DNA of 61,807 nucleotides from Patescibacteria group bacterium (GCA_040900165.1 JBBDZM010000009.1:18636-80442), one strand, 5' to 3'; positions 53,461 through 61,807 are shown, counted from the stretch's first letter. Notes: generated by a model from the sequence alone, not told the origin. Program-made: numbers and translations.

Positions 53461-54237
53461 CTAGCGTGAACCAGAGCCGGAGCTGCCACCACCGCCTCCA
53501 CCGGCTGCCCCGGAAGAACCGGAGCCGCCCGAGCCGGATGTACCGGCGCCGGAGGTCGGGGTTACAGCGGTTGAGGACGTGCTGGCCGCGGCGGCGGCTG
53601 CCGCTGCAGCAGCGCCGTAACCGTTAGCGCTGACGCGCGAGTTGTTGAACGAGAACCCTGGGATCCCGTTGAGGACCGGTGTGATGACCGTTGGCGGTGC
53701 CATCTGCCCGACATAGCTGATCTGCGACCCGTGGATAAAGACGGGCAGCCATCGATCAACGTAATCTGTCTTGTATTCGGTCCTGTACTCGACCGGACCG
53801 GGTACGTCGACCCTGTAGGGTACTGGGATGTACTCGGTATCGCCCTTGATCTTGATGATCTTATCTCGCTCGACGATTTTTTCTTTCTCCACAACAACCC
53901 GAATCAAATCGGTCCAGTTGCCGCAAGCAAGAATCACTAGGCGATTGTATTCGTCCCAGGCCGCCCAAGTCCCGGCTTTGTGCCATTGGGGCTTGGTGTG
54001 CTCACCGTTGGCGCCATACATCGCCGTATAGACGTCCTCGGGTAACTGGAACGGTGTCCAACCACGCGCTTTTGCCTGCTCCGGCGTAACGCCACCCTTA
54101 ATCATCGGGTTGCGGCCGTAGGTCGCATACTTGCGCTGGGAAGGGTTAGTCAGGTCGGGGTTTTGGGCAAAGCCCATCACCCCGAGAACGACGAGAAGAA
54201 CTATGGCGGCAAGCCGCCCTTTTGCTGTGTGTTTCAT
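53461..54237 (-). CDS. Secreted hypothetical protein with a poly-Ala and Gly/Ser-rich C-terminal tail
   Basis: Signal/anchor RLAAIVLLVVLGVMGFA. Tail AAAAAAAAAASTSS...GGGGGGSSGSGSR. Its ATG overlaps the upstream stop (ATGA). Confidence 0.65.
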   Translation of the reverse strand: MKHTAKGRLAAIVLLVVLGVMGFAQNPDLTNPSQRKYATYGRNPMIKGGVTPEQAKARGWTPFQLPEDVYTAMYGANGEHTKPQWHKAGTWAAWDEYNRLVILACGNWTDLIRVVVEKEKIVERDKIIKIKGDTEYIPVPYRVDVPGPVEYRTEYKTDYVDRWLPVFIHGSQISYVGQMAPPTVITPVLNGIPGFSFNNSRVSANGYGAAAAAAAAAASTSSTAVTPTSGAGTSGSGGSGSSGAAGGGGGGSSGSGSR

Positions 54238-55412
54238 CGTGCCTCTTTGAACTTGATTTCCTTGGTCGTACCGCCCACCGTAATGAGCAATTTGCCGGTT
54301 GGTTTTTGACCTCGCCCGAGAGTGAGATTAACCAACGCCGAGTAGATCGGACCATCCGGTGTGTCGGCGCGACCGTTTTTGTAAACGTGACGCTGGCCAT
54401 CGGACGAAACGTACTCAATCTTCATCTCTTCTCTCGAAAAGATTAGGATCGCCACGCCGTCCCCATTGTTGGGAACGCCGATTGTGTCGCCCTGATGCGG
54501 TTGCTGTTCGCTGGCCCTAAGGGCCAAATGACGCATAATCGCATCTTTGTCGCCGACCTTGCGGTCAACGTCATCGTAGCGATAGACGTGGATTTCAAAC
54601 AAAGAATTGCGCTCGGTCGATAGATCGGGCGGGCTCTGTTTGATTTGGTAGCCCTGGCCGCCCCAACTGGTGTTGGCTTGGCCTTGACTGCCCTGAACTG
54701 GCGGCTCTTGGCGCTGGAAGCCCTGCTGTTGCATGGCGGCCAATTCCAACTGCATCTGCTCAAGCGACGCGAAGTTACGGACTGTTCCATCTGGCAAAAG
54801 AGCAGTGAGTGACTGCCACGCAGGCGTCATACTTGCTCCCCCACCAGTTGCCGCCAATCGGTTTAGTTCCGATTGAAAGGCCCGGATAAAGTCCGCTTCG
54901 TTTTGGCGTGAGAAGATCGCAGTACCCCATTCGCCACGTCCACCTAGGACCTTGAATTGGTGGACGCCGATTGGGATATCCCGAGCTCTGATGAATGGGT
55001 AGCCATCAATGACACCCTTGGCACCGATGATCTTCTTTTTTGAGAAGGACCAGTCGCCAGAGTCAACGTCGCGGAATGCGATCATTTGGTCGTCCAAGTA
55101 GTATTTCAGATCACGAGGCGGCGGACCGCTCGTGAAAGCTTTCACCTGGAAGACTATGTCGTCGGGCCAGTATGTCAGAGTTGGAACACGCGATGCCGGC
55201 CAAACGCCAAGGTAGTGGAGGTTGCCCTCACTGTCCTCACGATAGACATCGCATTCAATTGCCAGCGTTCCGATTTCGTCACGCTGGCTGTTAGCCAGGG
55301 CGCTGTTGGCGATGCCACCAAACAGCAGTGCTCCGAGTTCCAGAAGCTGGGCCGGTGTCGCTGAGGCGAACATCAGGCCCAGCAAGATAACGAGAATTTT
55401 GAAGTTTTTCAT
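54234..55412 (-). CDS. Secreted hypothetical protein (two domains joined by a Gln-rich linker)
   Basis: Signal peptide MKNFKILVILLGLMFASATPA follows gagagg. No motif recognised. Confidence 0.65.
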   Translation of the reverse strand: MKNFKILVILLGLMFASATPAQLLELGALLFGGIANSALANSQRDEIGTLAIECDVYREDSEGNLHYLGVWPASRVPTLTYWPDDIVFQVKAFTSGPPPRDLKYYLDDQMIAFRDVDSGDWSFSKKKIIGAKGVIDGYPFIRARDIPIGVHQFKVLGGRGEWGTAIFSRQNEADFIRAFQSELNRLAATGGGASMTPAWQSLTALLPDGTVRNFASLEQMQLELAAMQQQGFQRQEPPVQGSQGQANTSWGGQGYQIKQSPPDLSTERNSLFEIHVYRYDDVDRKVGDKDAIMRHLALRASEQQPHQGDTIGVPNNGDGVAILIFSREEMKIEYVSSDGQRHVYKNGRADTPDGPIYSALVNLTLGRGQKPTGKLLITVGGTTKEIKFKEAR

Positions 55413-55959
55413 AACTGTATCGCCTCTCGCATACTGACTTTTTCTTGTCAGTACCGTCTCAGCCAGGAAAAGGGAAGGAGGGAAATTGCCGTAGATAGCA
55501 AGCTATCAATAGTGGCAACTCTCCCTAATCCCAGCCGAGACGGTACTGACAAGTTACTCTCTCCAATTTGCCCGCAACAAATTCGGTAGAAAAAGTTGCG
55601 GGCAAGTTGGAGGGGGCGAACTCTTGCGAGCTCGCCCCTAGGTAGACATGACAAAAGATTGATGGAGGTGGGGGCACCTGGCCCACCACCTCCAGTTCGC
55701 GCGCTCTGGAATGAAGGAACACTAGGACAGGTTGACTACACCTGCAGTAGGCGCACCTACTTTCGTCCGTTCGATCCGCCAATGGCGGAGGTATTTCGAA
55801 TGACATTATCCCTTTGCCGTTGCAGCCCCATGGGTCTAGGAACGATGAGCGCGCTTAAAAAGCGTTTTGAGGTTACCCTCTAATCCATTAATAGCACTGC
55901 TACAAATGGGTTGGAAGGGGCGACGCGTTCGAAAATGCGTCGCCCGGGCTGTGTCCCCC
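55413..55959. other. 547-nt non-coding, hairpin-dense region
   Basis: 17-bp perfect inverted repeat 55444-55460/55537-55553. 18-bp stem 55561-55578/55595-55612. Stems at 55613-55638, 55664-55693, 55747-55760, 55776-55788 and 55918-55945. Only non-protein-like ORFs. Confidence 0.6.
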
Positions 55960-56616
55960 CTACGAAGAGAGGACGGGCTCATAATGTTCGACGGCCTTTT
56001 TGAGTTCGTCTAGACAGTCTTCGGCTATGCCACCGCCGAACAACTCTAATAGCTCCGGGAACTGTGTCTCGTGCATACGAGACAATAACCCCCATTCTGG
56101 CACTGCGTTCCCTTCAGGGTCGAAGATTGTGTACCATCCGTCCATAGACAGGATAGTCCAATCTTGCCCCTTGTCTTCTAAGGAGCCAAGGTAAAGGCTG
56201 ATCACGCGGTTCCCGACTGTTCGGGACTGCATGGTCATCTGAACAACGTAACCCCTGCAGACGCCCCAGGAGTTGGGCTCTATGTCAAACCCTACCCGGT
56301 ACACCACCCGGCCACCCGGGCTTGCGTATGTCCACCCGTTGCCTGTGTGGTGCCATGCAAGAGCCCTGTCGGTGTATTCCGACCCTGGGTGGTCGCCCCT
56401 CCGAATTGCTTCTTCCGCATTGTAGCGGGATTCAGCGTCGAGCATGCATCGCATAATTCTGCGATGCATGTCATTGCCGCCATGCAACTCGTTGCTACTC
56501 TCGTAAAGGTCTTGCGGGGTGATGGCGAAGGCCCACCCGTGCGCTAGAGCGCGGGCAACCATCGTAATAATGGTTAACATGCTTAGGGGCAGTTGGTTGA
56601 TTGTTTCTGTGCTCAT
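55960..56616 (-). CDS. Hypothetical cytoplasmic protein
   Basis: ATG 56616 follows ggagtg. 218 aa, no signal peptide, no motif recognised. Confidence 0.55.
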   Translation of the reverse strand: MSTETINQLPLSMLTIITMVARALAHGWAFAITPQDLYESSNELHGGNDMHRRIMRCMLDAESRYNAEEAIRRGDHPGSEYTDRALAWHHTGNGWTYASPGGRVVYRVGFDIEPNSWGVCRGYVVQMTMQSRTVGNRVISLYLGSLEDKGQDWTILSMDGWYTIFDPEGNAVPEWGLLSRMHETQFPELLELFGGGIAEDCLDELKKAVEHYEPVLSS

Positions 56617-56747
56617 ATTCACTCCAATCCACCTGCATATATAAATGTAGGCGCGTTGGAGAGAACAAGATGTTAAGGTTCGGCCGCTTTTGGGAGATTG
56701 CTCATTAGACGCAACCCTCACAGCCGTGTCCGTTCATTAGACGGCAC

Positions 56748-56852
56748 CTTCAAAGAAAACAAAAAGCACTTGCGGTTATGCCGGAAACATCCAGCGACCG
56801 CGTTTCTACCGCTGCGGTTGGGCAAGTGACAATCTATGTTTTTGTTTTTGAA
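56748..56852. other. Long imperfect hairpin between cysS and the accessory genes
   Basis: cttcaaagaaaacaaaaagcacttgc ... gcaagtgacaatctatgtttttgtttttgaag. Confidence 0.4.
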
Positions 56853-56931
56853 GAACACTGTTGCATACTGCAACCGTATGCCGGGATATTAGCATATGTT
56901 ATTAATAAAGTCAATACTTTGAGGGTATTTT

Positions 56932-58266
56932 TTAACGCGGTAAGTAGGTAGTCTGGTTAGGTGTATCCACTACTTCGTAGCCCATCTGGTAGATTTCGGC
57001 TTTGCGGTTGTCGGCCGTAAGGAAATCGTTCCTGGCTCGAGCGGCATCACGTTGAGTGGCTAGTTCTGTTGCCTCGGCGCTCTCTCCTATATCTACGTAC
57101 TTGATTCCGAAAAGTTCAAATAGCATATGTGTTTGTTCTTGACCAAGTTTCAGATAATTCTCGCTCCAGGTTCGAATAGCTGTTGGTGTGTCTAGATCGT
57201 CATCTAGGGCCGCTAGAATTTCTTGATAGATCTCCTGTCCGGCCGATTTCTCCATCAGCGGGTAGGCCTGGAAAATCTTCCGGCGCAAGGCCACCCCCTG
57301 CTCCATTACCTCCTTGGTATAGTCAAAGGGTTTGCGGTAATGGGTTTGGAAAAAAGCTAACCTAATTTCGTTAGCCGAGTATTCCTTTAGAGCATCCTGG
57401 ACATTAACCTGGTTATGGAGGGATTTACTCATTTTTTTACTGTCCACCGTCAACATCCCGGTATGAACCCAGTAATTGGCCATTGGTTTACCGGTTAGGC
57501 TCTCGGTCTGGGCAATCTCATTTTCGTGATGGGGGAAGACATGCTCCACCGCTGAACCGTGAATATCAAAGGTATCGCCCAGGTATTTCCGGCTCATTGC
57601 TGAACACTCGATATGCCAGCCCGGATAACCCTTGCCCCACGGTGAATCCCAGGTCATCTCTGGATCGTTGATCCGAGAATTCTTCCAGAGAGCAAAATCG
57701 GCGGATGAGCGCTTATCGGCAGCAGTTTCTACCCGTGTACCAGTTAATAGCTCGGATATGGAGCGGTGGCTAAGCTTGCCGTAATCAACCTTCTTAGAAA
57801 CGGCAAAATAGACGTTTCCTTGGTTGGTAACATATGCGAAACCGGCGTTAATTAGCCCCGTAATAAACTCCTGAATTTCCTTGATATTAGCCGATGCCTT
57901 AGGGAGCTGGCTCGGCAAAAGAATATTGAGATTTTTTAGATCCTTCAGGTGTGACTCGGTAAAATGCTCAGCAATTTGGCGGGGAGTTTGGCCAGTTTCG
58001 GCAGCTTTCTTTTGAATCTTATCGGCACCGACCTCGGCATCATTAACCAAATGCCCAACATCGGTGATGTTCTGGATATAGTTAACGCTAAATCCTTGGT
58101 TTTTTAGCACCCGGTTGAGTAAATCGAAACTTAGATAGGTTCGGGCATGGCCAATATGGTCGTAGTCGTAAACGGTGGGACCGCAGACATACATCGACAC
58201 CTCGCCATCTATAATCGGCTTGAACTCGTCTTTTTTACCGGTGAGGGTATTGTGGATTTTCAACAT
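56932..58266 (-). CDS. cysS: Cysteine--tRNA ligase
   Basis: CGPTVYDYDHIGHARTY (HIGH), KMSKS. Start set at the internal ATG 58266 (MLKIHNTLTG). Confidence 0.93.
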   Translation of the reverse strand: MLKIHNTLTGKKDEFKPIIDGEVSMYVCGPTVYDYDHIGHARTYLSFDLLNRVLKNQGFSVNYIQNITDVGHLVNDAEVGADKIQKKAAETGQTPRQIAEHFTESHLKDLKNLNILLPSQLPKASANIKEIQEFITGLINAGFAYVTNQGNVYFAVSKKVDYGKLSHRSISELLTGTRVETAADKRSSADFALWKNSRINDPEMTWDSPWGKGYPGWHIECSAMSRKYLGDTFDIHGSAVEHVFPHHENEIAQTESLTGKPMANYWVHTGMLTVDSKKMSKSLHNQVNVQDALKEYSANEIRLAFFQTHYRKPFDYTKEVMEQGVALRRKIFQAYPLMEKSAGQEIYQEILAALDDDLDTPTAIRTWSENYLKLGQEQTHMLFELFGIKYVDIGESAEATELATQRDAARARNDFLTADNRKAEIYQMGYEVVDTPNQTTYLPR

Positions 58267-58448
58267 CTTGTTTCTTTGTATCTCAATTCCCCCCTTATAT
58301 AAAGCCTGGCGACGAAACATTATTTTTACGGTATCCGCAGGTGATTTTTGCATGGTCCGCGCTGATTAAATGGCGCGGAAAAATCACCGAGGATTAAAGC
58401 CCGAGACTCGCTGGGTCGAGAGGCTGTCCGAAAAAATAATGTTTCTAG

Positions 58449-58721
58449 CTACGCCTCGTCGTCAAACGAATCGTGACGATAATCCTCGTCGTTTTCTTCG
58501 TGCTCTTTACTAGCAAGCGCCTCTAGCGATTGGGTGCCAGCACCCGCGTCATCAACACCGACACTACTGTCCAATTCATCGTCTTTGAGATTTTCTGGGT
58601 TTGGCTCAACGTTGTCGTCCAATACAATCATCTTGCCGCCGCAGTTAGTACAGGTGTCGTTATCGACCGGTGTGGTCTGACCGCAGGACTCACAGACAAA
58701 TAGTTTTTCGTCGTCTGACAT
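58449..58721 (-). CDS. Zinc-ribbon protein with an acidic tail
   Basis: CESCG...CTNCG, followed by a D/E-rich C-terminus. Confidence 0.55.
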   Translation of the reverse strand: MSDDEKLFVCESCGQTTPVDNDTCTNCGGKMIVLDDNVEPNPENLKDDELDSSVGVDDAGAGTQSLEALASKEHEENDEDYRHDSFDDEA

Positions 58722-58764
58722 TTCCGAATAATTGTAGCTTAATTATTTTTGCTGCAACAGTATT

Positions 58765-59397
58765 TTATTGTTGGTCGTAACTCCGGCGACCCTCGAGCGC
58801 TCGTGAAAGAGTTAGCTCGTCGGCATACTCCAAATCGCCCCCGACCGGCAGACCTCGGGCTAGCCGAGTAACGCTTAGCTTGGCATCGATCTTACCGTCT
58901 TTAATCGCCTGGGTAATTTGTTCACCGATATAAAGCGATGTTGCCTCGCCCTCCAGCGATGGGTCAGTCGCCAAGATTACTTCCTGAACGCCGTCTTCTT
59001 CCAGCCGAGCCAATAGCTCTTTGATTTTTAAATCATGGGGTCCAACGTTATTGATCGGTGAAATTTGTCCGCCCAACACGTGGTAACGCCCAGCAAACCG
59101 GGCTTTTTCTAAAGCTATCACGTCCAATGATTCTTCAACCACCGCTAATTTCTCTGTTTCCCTCTGACTATCGGCGCAAATTGGGCATGGGTCGGTCTCG
59201 GAAACCAAATTACACTGCGAGCAGTAGGTAAGGTTTTTTCGCAGATCGCCAAAGGCCTGACCAAATTGGGTTAGCTCGTCGTCGGAACGAGTGAGCATAT
59301 AGAAAGTTAGGCGGTTGGCGGTTTTGGGGCCAATACTCGGTAGACTACTTAAGGCCTCTGCCAACTTCTGAACCGACTTAGGAAGGATGTTTTGCAT
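58765..59397 (-). CDS. recR: Recombination protein RecR
   Basis: HhH N-terminus (LPSIGPKTANRL), C4 zinc finger CSQCN..CPIC, Toprim region. Confidence 0.93.
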   Translation of the reverse strand: MQNILPKSVQKLAEALSSLPSIGPKTANRLTFYMLTRSDDELTQFGQAFGDLRKNLTYCSQCNLVSETDPCPICADSQRETEKLAVVEESLDVIALEKARFAGRYHVLGGQISPINNVGPHDLKIKELLARLEEDGVQEVILATDPSLEGEATSLYIGEQITQAIKDGKIDAKLSVTRLARGLPVGGDLEYADELTLSRALEGRRSYDQQ

Positions 59398-61631
59398 TAC
59401 TTATTCGTCTTACCAACTTCTACCTTGTCCGTCACTTGATCGTCCTTGGAAAAACCGCATTGGCTGCAGGTTAGGCCAGATTTTTTATTGACCATCACCC
59501 CTTGGCACTGCGGGCATTTTTCGCCCGTTGGCTCGTCCCAATAAGCAGTTTTACAGTTTGGGTAGCCCGAGCAACCCCAAAATACTTTGCCTTTGCGAGT
59601 ATTTTTGCGCACCAATTCTTTACCGCAATTTGGGCATTTAACGCCGGTGCCAACGACAATCGATTTAGTGTATTTGCAGTTGGGGTAATCGGAGCAGCCG
59701 ATAAACGAGCCAAACCGACTTTGTTTCATCTCCAAGGCCTTACCGCACTTTGGGCAAGGGTTTTTTGTTTCTTCGGTAATTTCCTTGGACAGTTCTTGGT
59801 CTTTTTCGTCGATTACCGGCGCAGTGTGGTCACACTGTGGAAAACCGCTACAAGCATAGAATTTGCCAAATCGGCCCAATTTAATAACAACATCCTTACC
59901 ACATTTCGGACATTTTTTGCCGGTATTTTCGTCGACGACAGTTTTTTTCTCAATCGTTTTTTCTTTTTCTTTGAGTAGCTGGGCAAACGGATCGTAAAAT
60001 TCTTTAAGCACTGGCTCAAGCTTTTTGCGGCCTTCCGCAATCTCGTCCAGCTTGTCTTCGAGCTGGGCGGTAAAATCGTAGTCGACAATATTAGGAAAAT
60101 TATTGACTAACAAATCAATAACAATAAATGCCACGTCTTCCGGAAAAAATCGGCCGGTTTGTTTGGTGACGTAGCCGCGATCAACAATCGTCGACATAAT
60201 CGGCGCGTAGGTGGACGGACGGCCAATGCCGCGCTTTTCCAGTTCGCGCACCAACGACGCTTCGCCAAAACGAGCCGGTGGCTCGGTCATATGACCCTCG
60301 TCGTTAAGTTTTTTTAATTTAAGCGCTTCTTTTTCGGCTAACCCCGGCAGTGGTTCGAACCGCTCATCATCGCTAGGAAGCTGGGCGAGAAAACCATCGA
60401 AAACTAATTTACGACCCCGAGCAATAAATTGTTGGTTGCCGCCGGCAATGGTGGCGACGGTGGTTTCGACAGTTGCTGGGGTCATCTGCGAGGCGGCGGC
60501 GGTATTGTAAACTAGCTGATAAATTTTTCGCTGATCTGGTGATAAATCACTTTGGATATCGGCTGGCTTTAAACTAAAGTGGCTGGGGCGGATCGCCTCA
60601 TGGGCTTCTTGGGCGCCGCGGACTTTCTTGGAAAAAACATTGGGGCGCTCCGGCAAATATTGGGCGCCGTAGGTTTTGGCAATGACATCGCTGGCTTCCC
60701 GACGGGCTTGATCGGCAATGGCGTGGGAGTCGGTTCGCATATAGGTAATCAGCCCAATGCTCCCCTTGCCCGGGATATCGACACCCTCGTAGAGTTCTTG
60801 GGCAATTTTCATTGTCCGTTTGGCGCTAAAGCCGTAAAAACGAGCGGCCGCTTGTTGGAGGGTTGAGGTAATTAACGGTGGCTGGGGGCGCAATTGCGAA
60901 TCGGCAACGGTGAGGGTGTTAACCGAAAAATCGGCATTCTTTAGTTGCTTGACAATCTTGTCCACCTCCGCCTTGGTGGCAAATTCCTGCTTGCCGGTCG
61001 AGCCAGCTTTGGCGATGTAGGCCGAAAATGCTCCGTTTTTAGCGCTAAATTCGGCGGTAATTGTCCAAAACTCCCGAGGTTTAAAGGCCTTGATTTCCCG
61101 CTCTCGCTCAACAATCAACCGGACCGCTACTGATTGGACTCGCCCGGCCGACAGCCCCCGATAAACCTTTTTCCACAACAACGGCGACAATTTGTAGCCA
61201 ACTAGTCGGTCGAGAATTCGCCGGGCTTGTTGGGCATCAACCAGCTCTTGCGAAATATTGCGGGGGTTAGCAACGGCATTAGTTACAGCGGTTTTAGTAA
61301 TTTCGTTAAAGCTAATTCGGTGGACGGGCACCTTGGGTTTAAGCGCGGCCACCAAGTGCCAGGCAATTGCTTCGCCTTCGCGATCGTGATCGGTTGCGAG
61401 TAGTAGTTCATCGGTATTGATTAACTCTTTTTTGAGTTGGTCGATTATTTTTTTAGCTCTCGGGATATTTTGATAAGTTACCTCGAAATGTTTGGCTGGA
61501 TCGATTCCTAGTTTGGTTTTTGGCAAATCCCGGACATGGCCAAACGAAGCCATAACAACAAAGTCGCTTCCTAAATATTGGCCAATCGTCTTGGCCTTCG
61601 CAGGGCTTTCAACAATAACGAGCTTTTTCAT
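59397..61631 (-). CDS. topA: DNA topoisomerase I with C-terminal zinc ribbons
   Basis: LVIVESPAKAKTI Toprim, TYMRTDS active-site Tyr region, four CxxC...C zinc-ribbon repeats. Confidence 0.96.
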   Translation of the reverse strand: MKKLVIVESPAKAKTIGQYLGSDFVVMASFGHVRDLPKTKLGIDPAKHFEVTYQNIPRAKKIIDQLKKELINTDELLLATDHDREGEAIAWHLVAALKPKVPVHRISFNEITKTAVTNAVANPRNISQELVDAQQARRILDRLVGYKLSPLLWKKVYRGLSAGRVQSVAVRLIVEREREIKAFKPREFWTITAEFSAKNGAFSAYIAKAGSTGKQEFATKAEVDKIVKQLKNADFSVNTLTVADSQLRPQPPLITSTLQQAAARFYGFSAKRTMKIAQELYEGVDIPGKGSIGLITYMRTDSHAIADQARREASDVIAKTYGAQYLPERPNVFSKKVRGAQEAHEAIRPSHFSLKPADIQSDLSPDQRKIYQLVYNTAAASQMTPATVETTVATIAGGNQQFIARGRKLVFDGFLAQLPSDDERFEPLPGLAEKEALKLKKLNDEGHMTEPPARFGEASLVRELEKRGIGRPSTYAPIMSTIVDRGYVTKQTGRFFPEDVAFIVIDLLVNNFPNIVDYDFTAQLEDKLDEIAEGRKKLEPVLKEFYDPFAQLLKEKEKTIEKKTVVDENTGKKCPKCGKDVVIKLGRFGKFYACSGFPQCDHTAPVIDEKDQELSKEITEETKNPCPKCGKALEMKQSRFGSFIGCSDYPNCKYTKSIVVGTGVKCPNCGKELVRKNTRKGKVFWGCSGYPNCKTAYWDEPTGEKCPQCQGVMVNKKSGLTCSQCGFSKDDQVTDKVEVGKTNK

Positions 61632-61720
61632 TAGAGAAAACGAGTTACGATGCTCTTGGTTGAGATAATAAGTGTCTTTTTGGGGTTAGTCATATTATTT
61701 TTGGCCGTAAATTACTTTAT

Positions 61721-61807
61721 ACACGGCGGGATACGCCGTGTAAGTCGCGTACTAGCGACTATAGTGGCCAGTAAGCCACTAAGCAGTTTACCGGCTGCTA
61801 TAGTGGC
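61721..61807. repeat. Array of short hairpins separated by ta/ata linkers, truncated by the window edge
   Basis: Hairpins 61721-61741, 61743-61760, 61764-61779 and 61782-61799. The gtggc arm restarts at 61803. Same architecture (ctata-hairpin-ta(a)-hairpin-tat) as 24640-24685. Confidence 0.55.

Noticed and set aside
52773-53640. Diversity-generating retroelement (template/variable repeat pair) in the low-complexity genes
   Set aside because: There is no reverse transcriptase in the window, and the two low-complexity regions share composition but no extended near-identical repeat.
55596-55883. 95-aa plus-strand ORF and the overlapping minus-strand ORFs (55448-55654, 55525-55806) in the hairpin-dense spacer
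   Set aside because: The predicted peptides are Pro/Arg/Gly-rich and have no RBS. They are built from the arms of the hairpins, so they are treated as non-coding.
61741-61807. Possible CRISPR array at the 3' window edge (recurring ctatagtggc)
   Set aside because: The only recurring unit is about 10 nt, not the 25-37 nt expected of a CRISPR repeat. The sequence resolves into different short hairpins with ta/ata linkers, and there are no cas genes in the window.

Overview
Dense 61.8-kb bacterial window with about 62 supportable CDS. It uses the standard genetic code: RF2 is present and TGA serves as a stop. I recognised no rRNA, tRNA, CRISPR array, integrase, transposase or reverse transcriptase.

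Core content covers four areas:
- Cell envelope and division: sortase, PEGA protein, mreB, TagA-family glycosyltransferase, LytR_C protein, DUF3048 protein, lytic transglycosylase, ftsA-ftsZ, secDF.
- Information processing: nusA, clpC, CCA-adding enzyme, rpsU-yqeY-ybeY, tgt, RluA-family synthase, rplA, rplJ-rplL, pth, ybaB, prfB, cysS, recR-topA.
- DNA damage: dinB, lexA and a UvrD-type helicase fused to a nuclease.
- A B12-dependent ribonucleotide reduction module: nrdJ, PduO-type adenosyltransferase, a small membrane protein and thioredoxin.

The many small orphan proteins, a Gram-positive-type envelope toolkit, fragmented ribosomal-protein operons and heptamer-periodic hairpins point to a small-genome Patescibacteria/CPR-like organism. 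That assignment is inference only.

Main things worth a second look:
1. A translationally coupled pair of paralogous membrane-anchored FtsK/HerA/TraD-like ATPases (35983-41315). They share a large unannotated N-terminal domain and have no other secretion genes nearby.
2. A structured repeat family with copies at 3308-3480 (+), 24562-24834 (-) and related hairpin arrays at both window edges. The copies show a compensatory base-pair change and strand-specific G-U pairs.
3. A compact SOS regulon in which GTTC-N7-GTTC direct-repeat boxes sit inside the promoters of lexA, dinB and an orphan two-gene unit.
4. An in-frame heptamer-repeat hairpin inserted in dinB.
5. An orphan promoter-to-terminator ncRNA unit (12738-12920, minus strand).
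6. An accessory segment between prfB and cysS (51896-56931). It holds an XRE regulator with perfect palindromic operators, a duplicated 55-bp terminator repeat, an Ala/Ser-rich sortase-substrate-like protein, two coupled secreted proteins and a 547-nt hairpin-dense non-coding region.

All functional calls rest on motifs read from the translations. No database search was possible.
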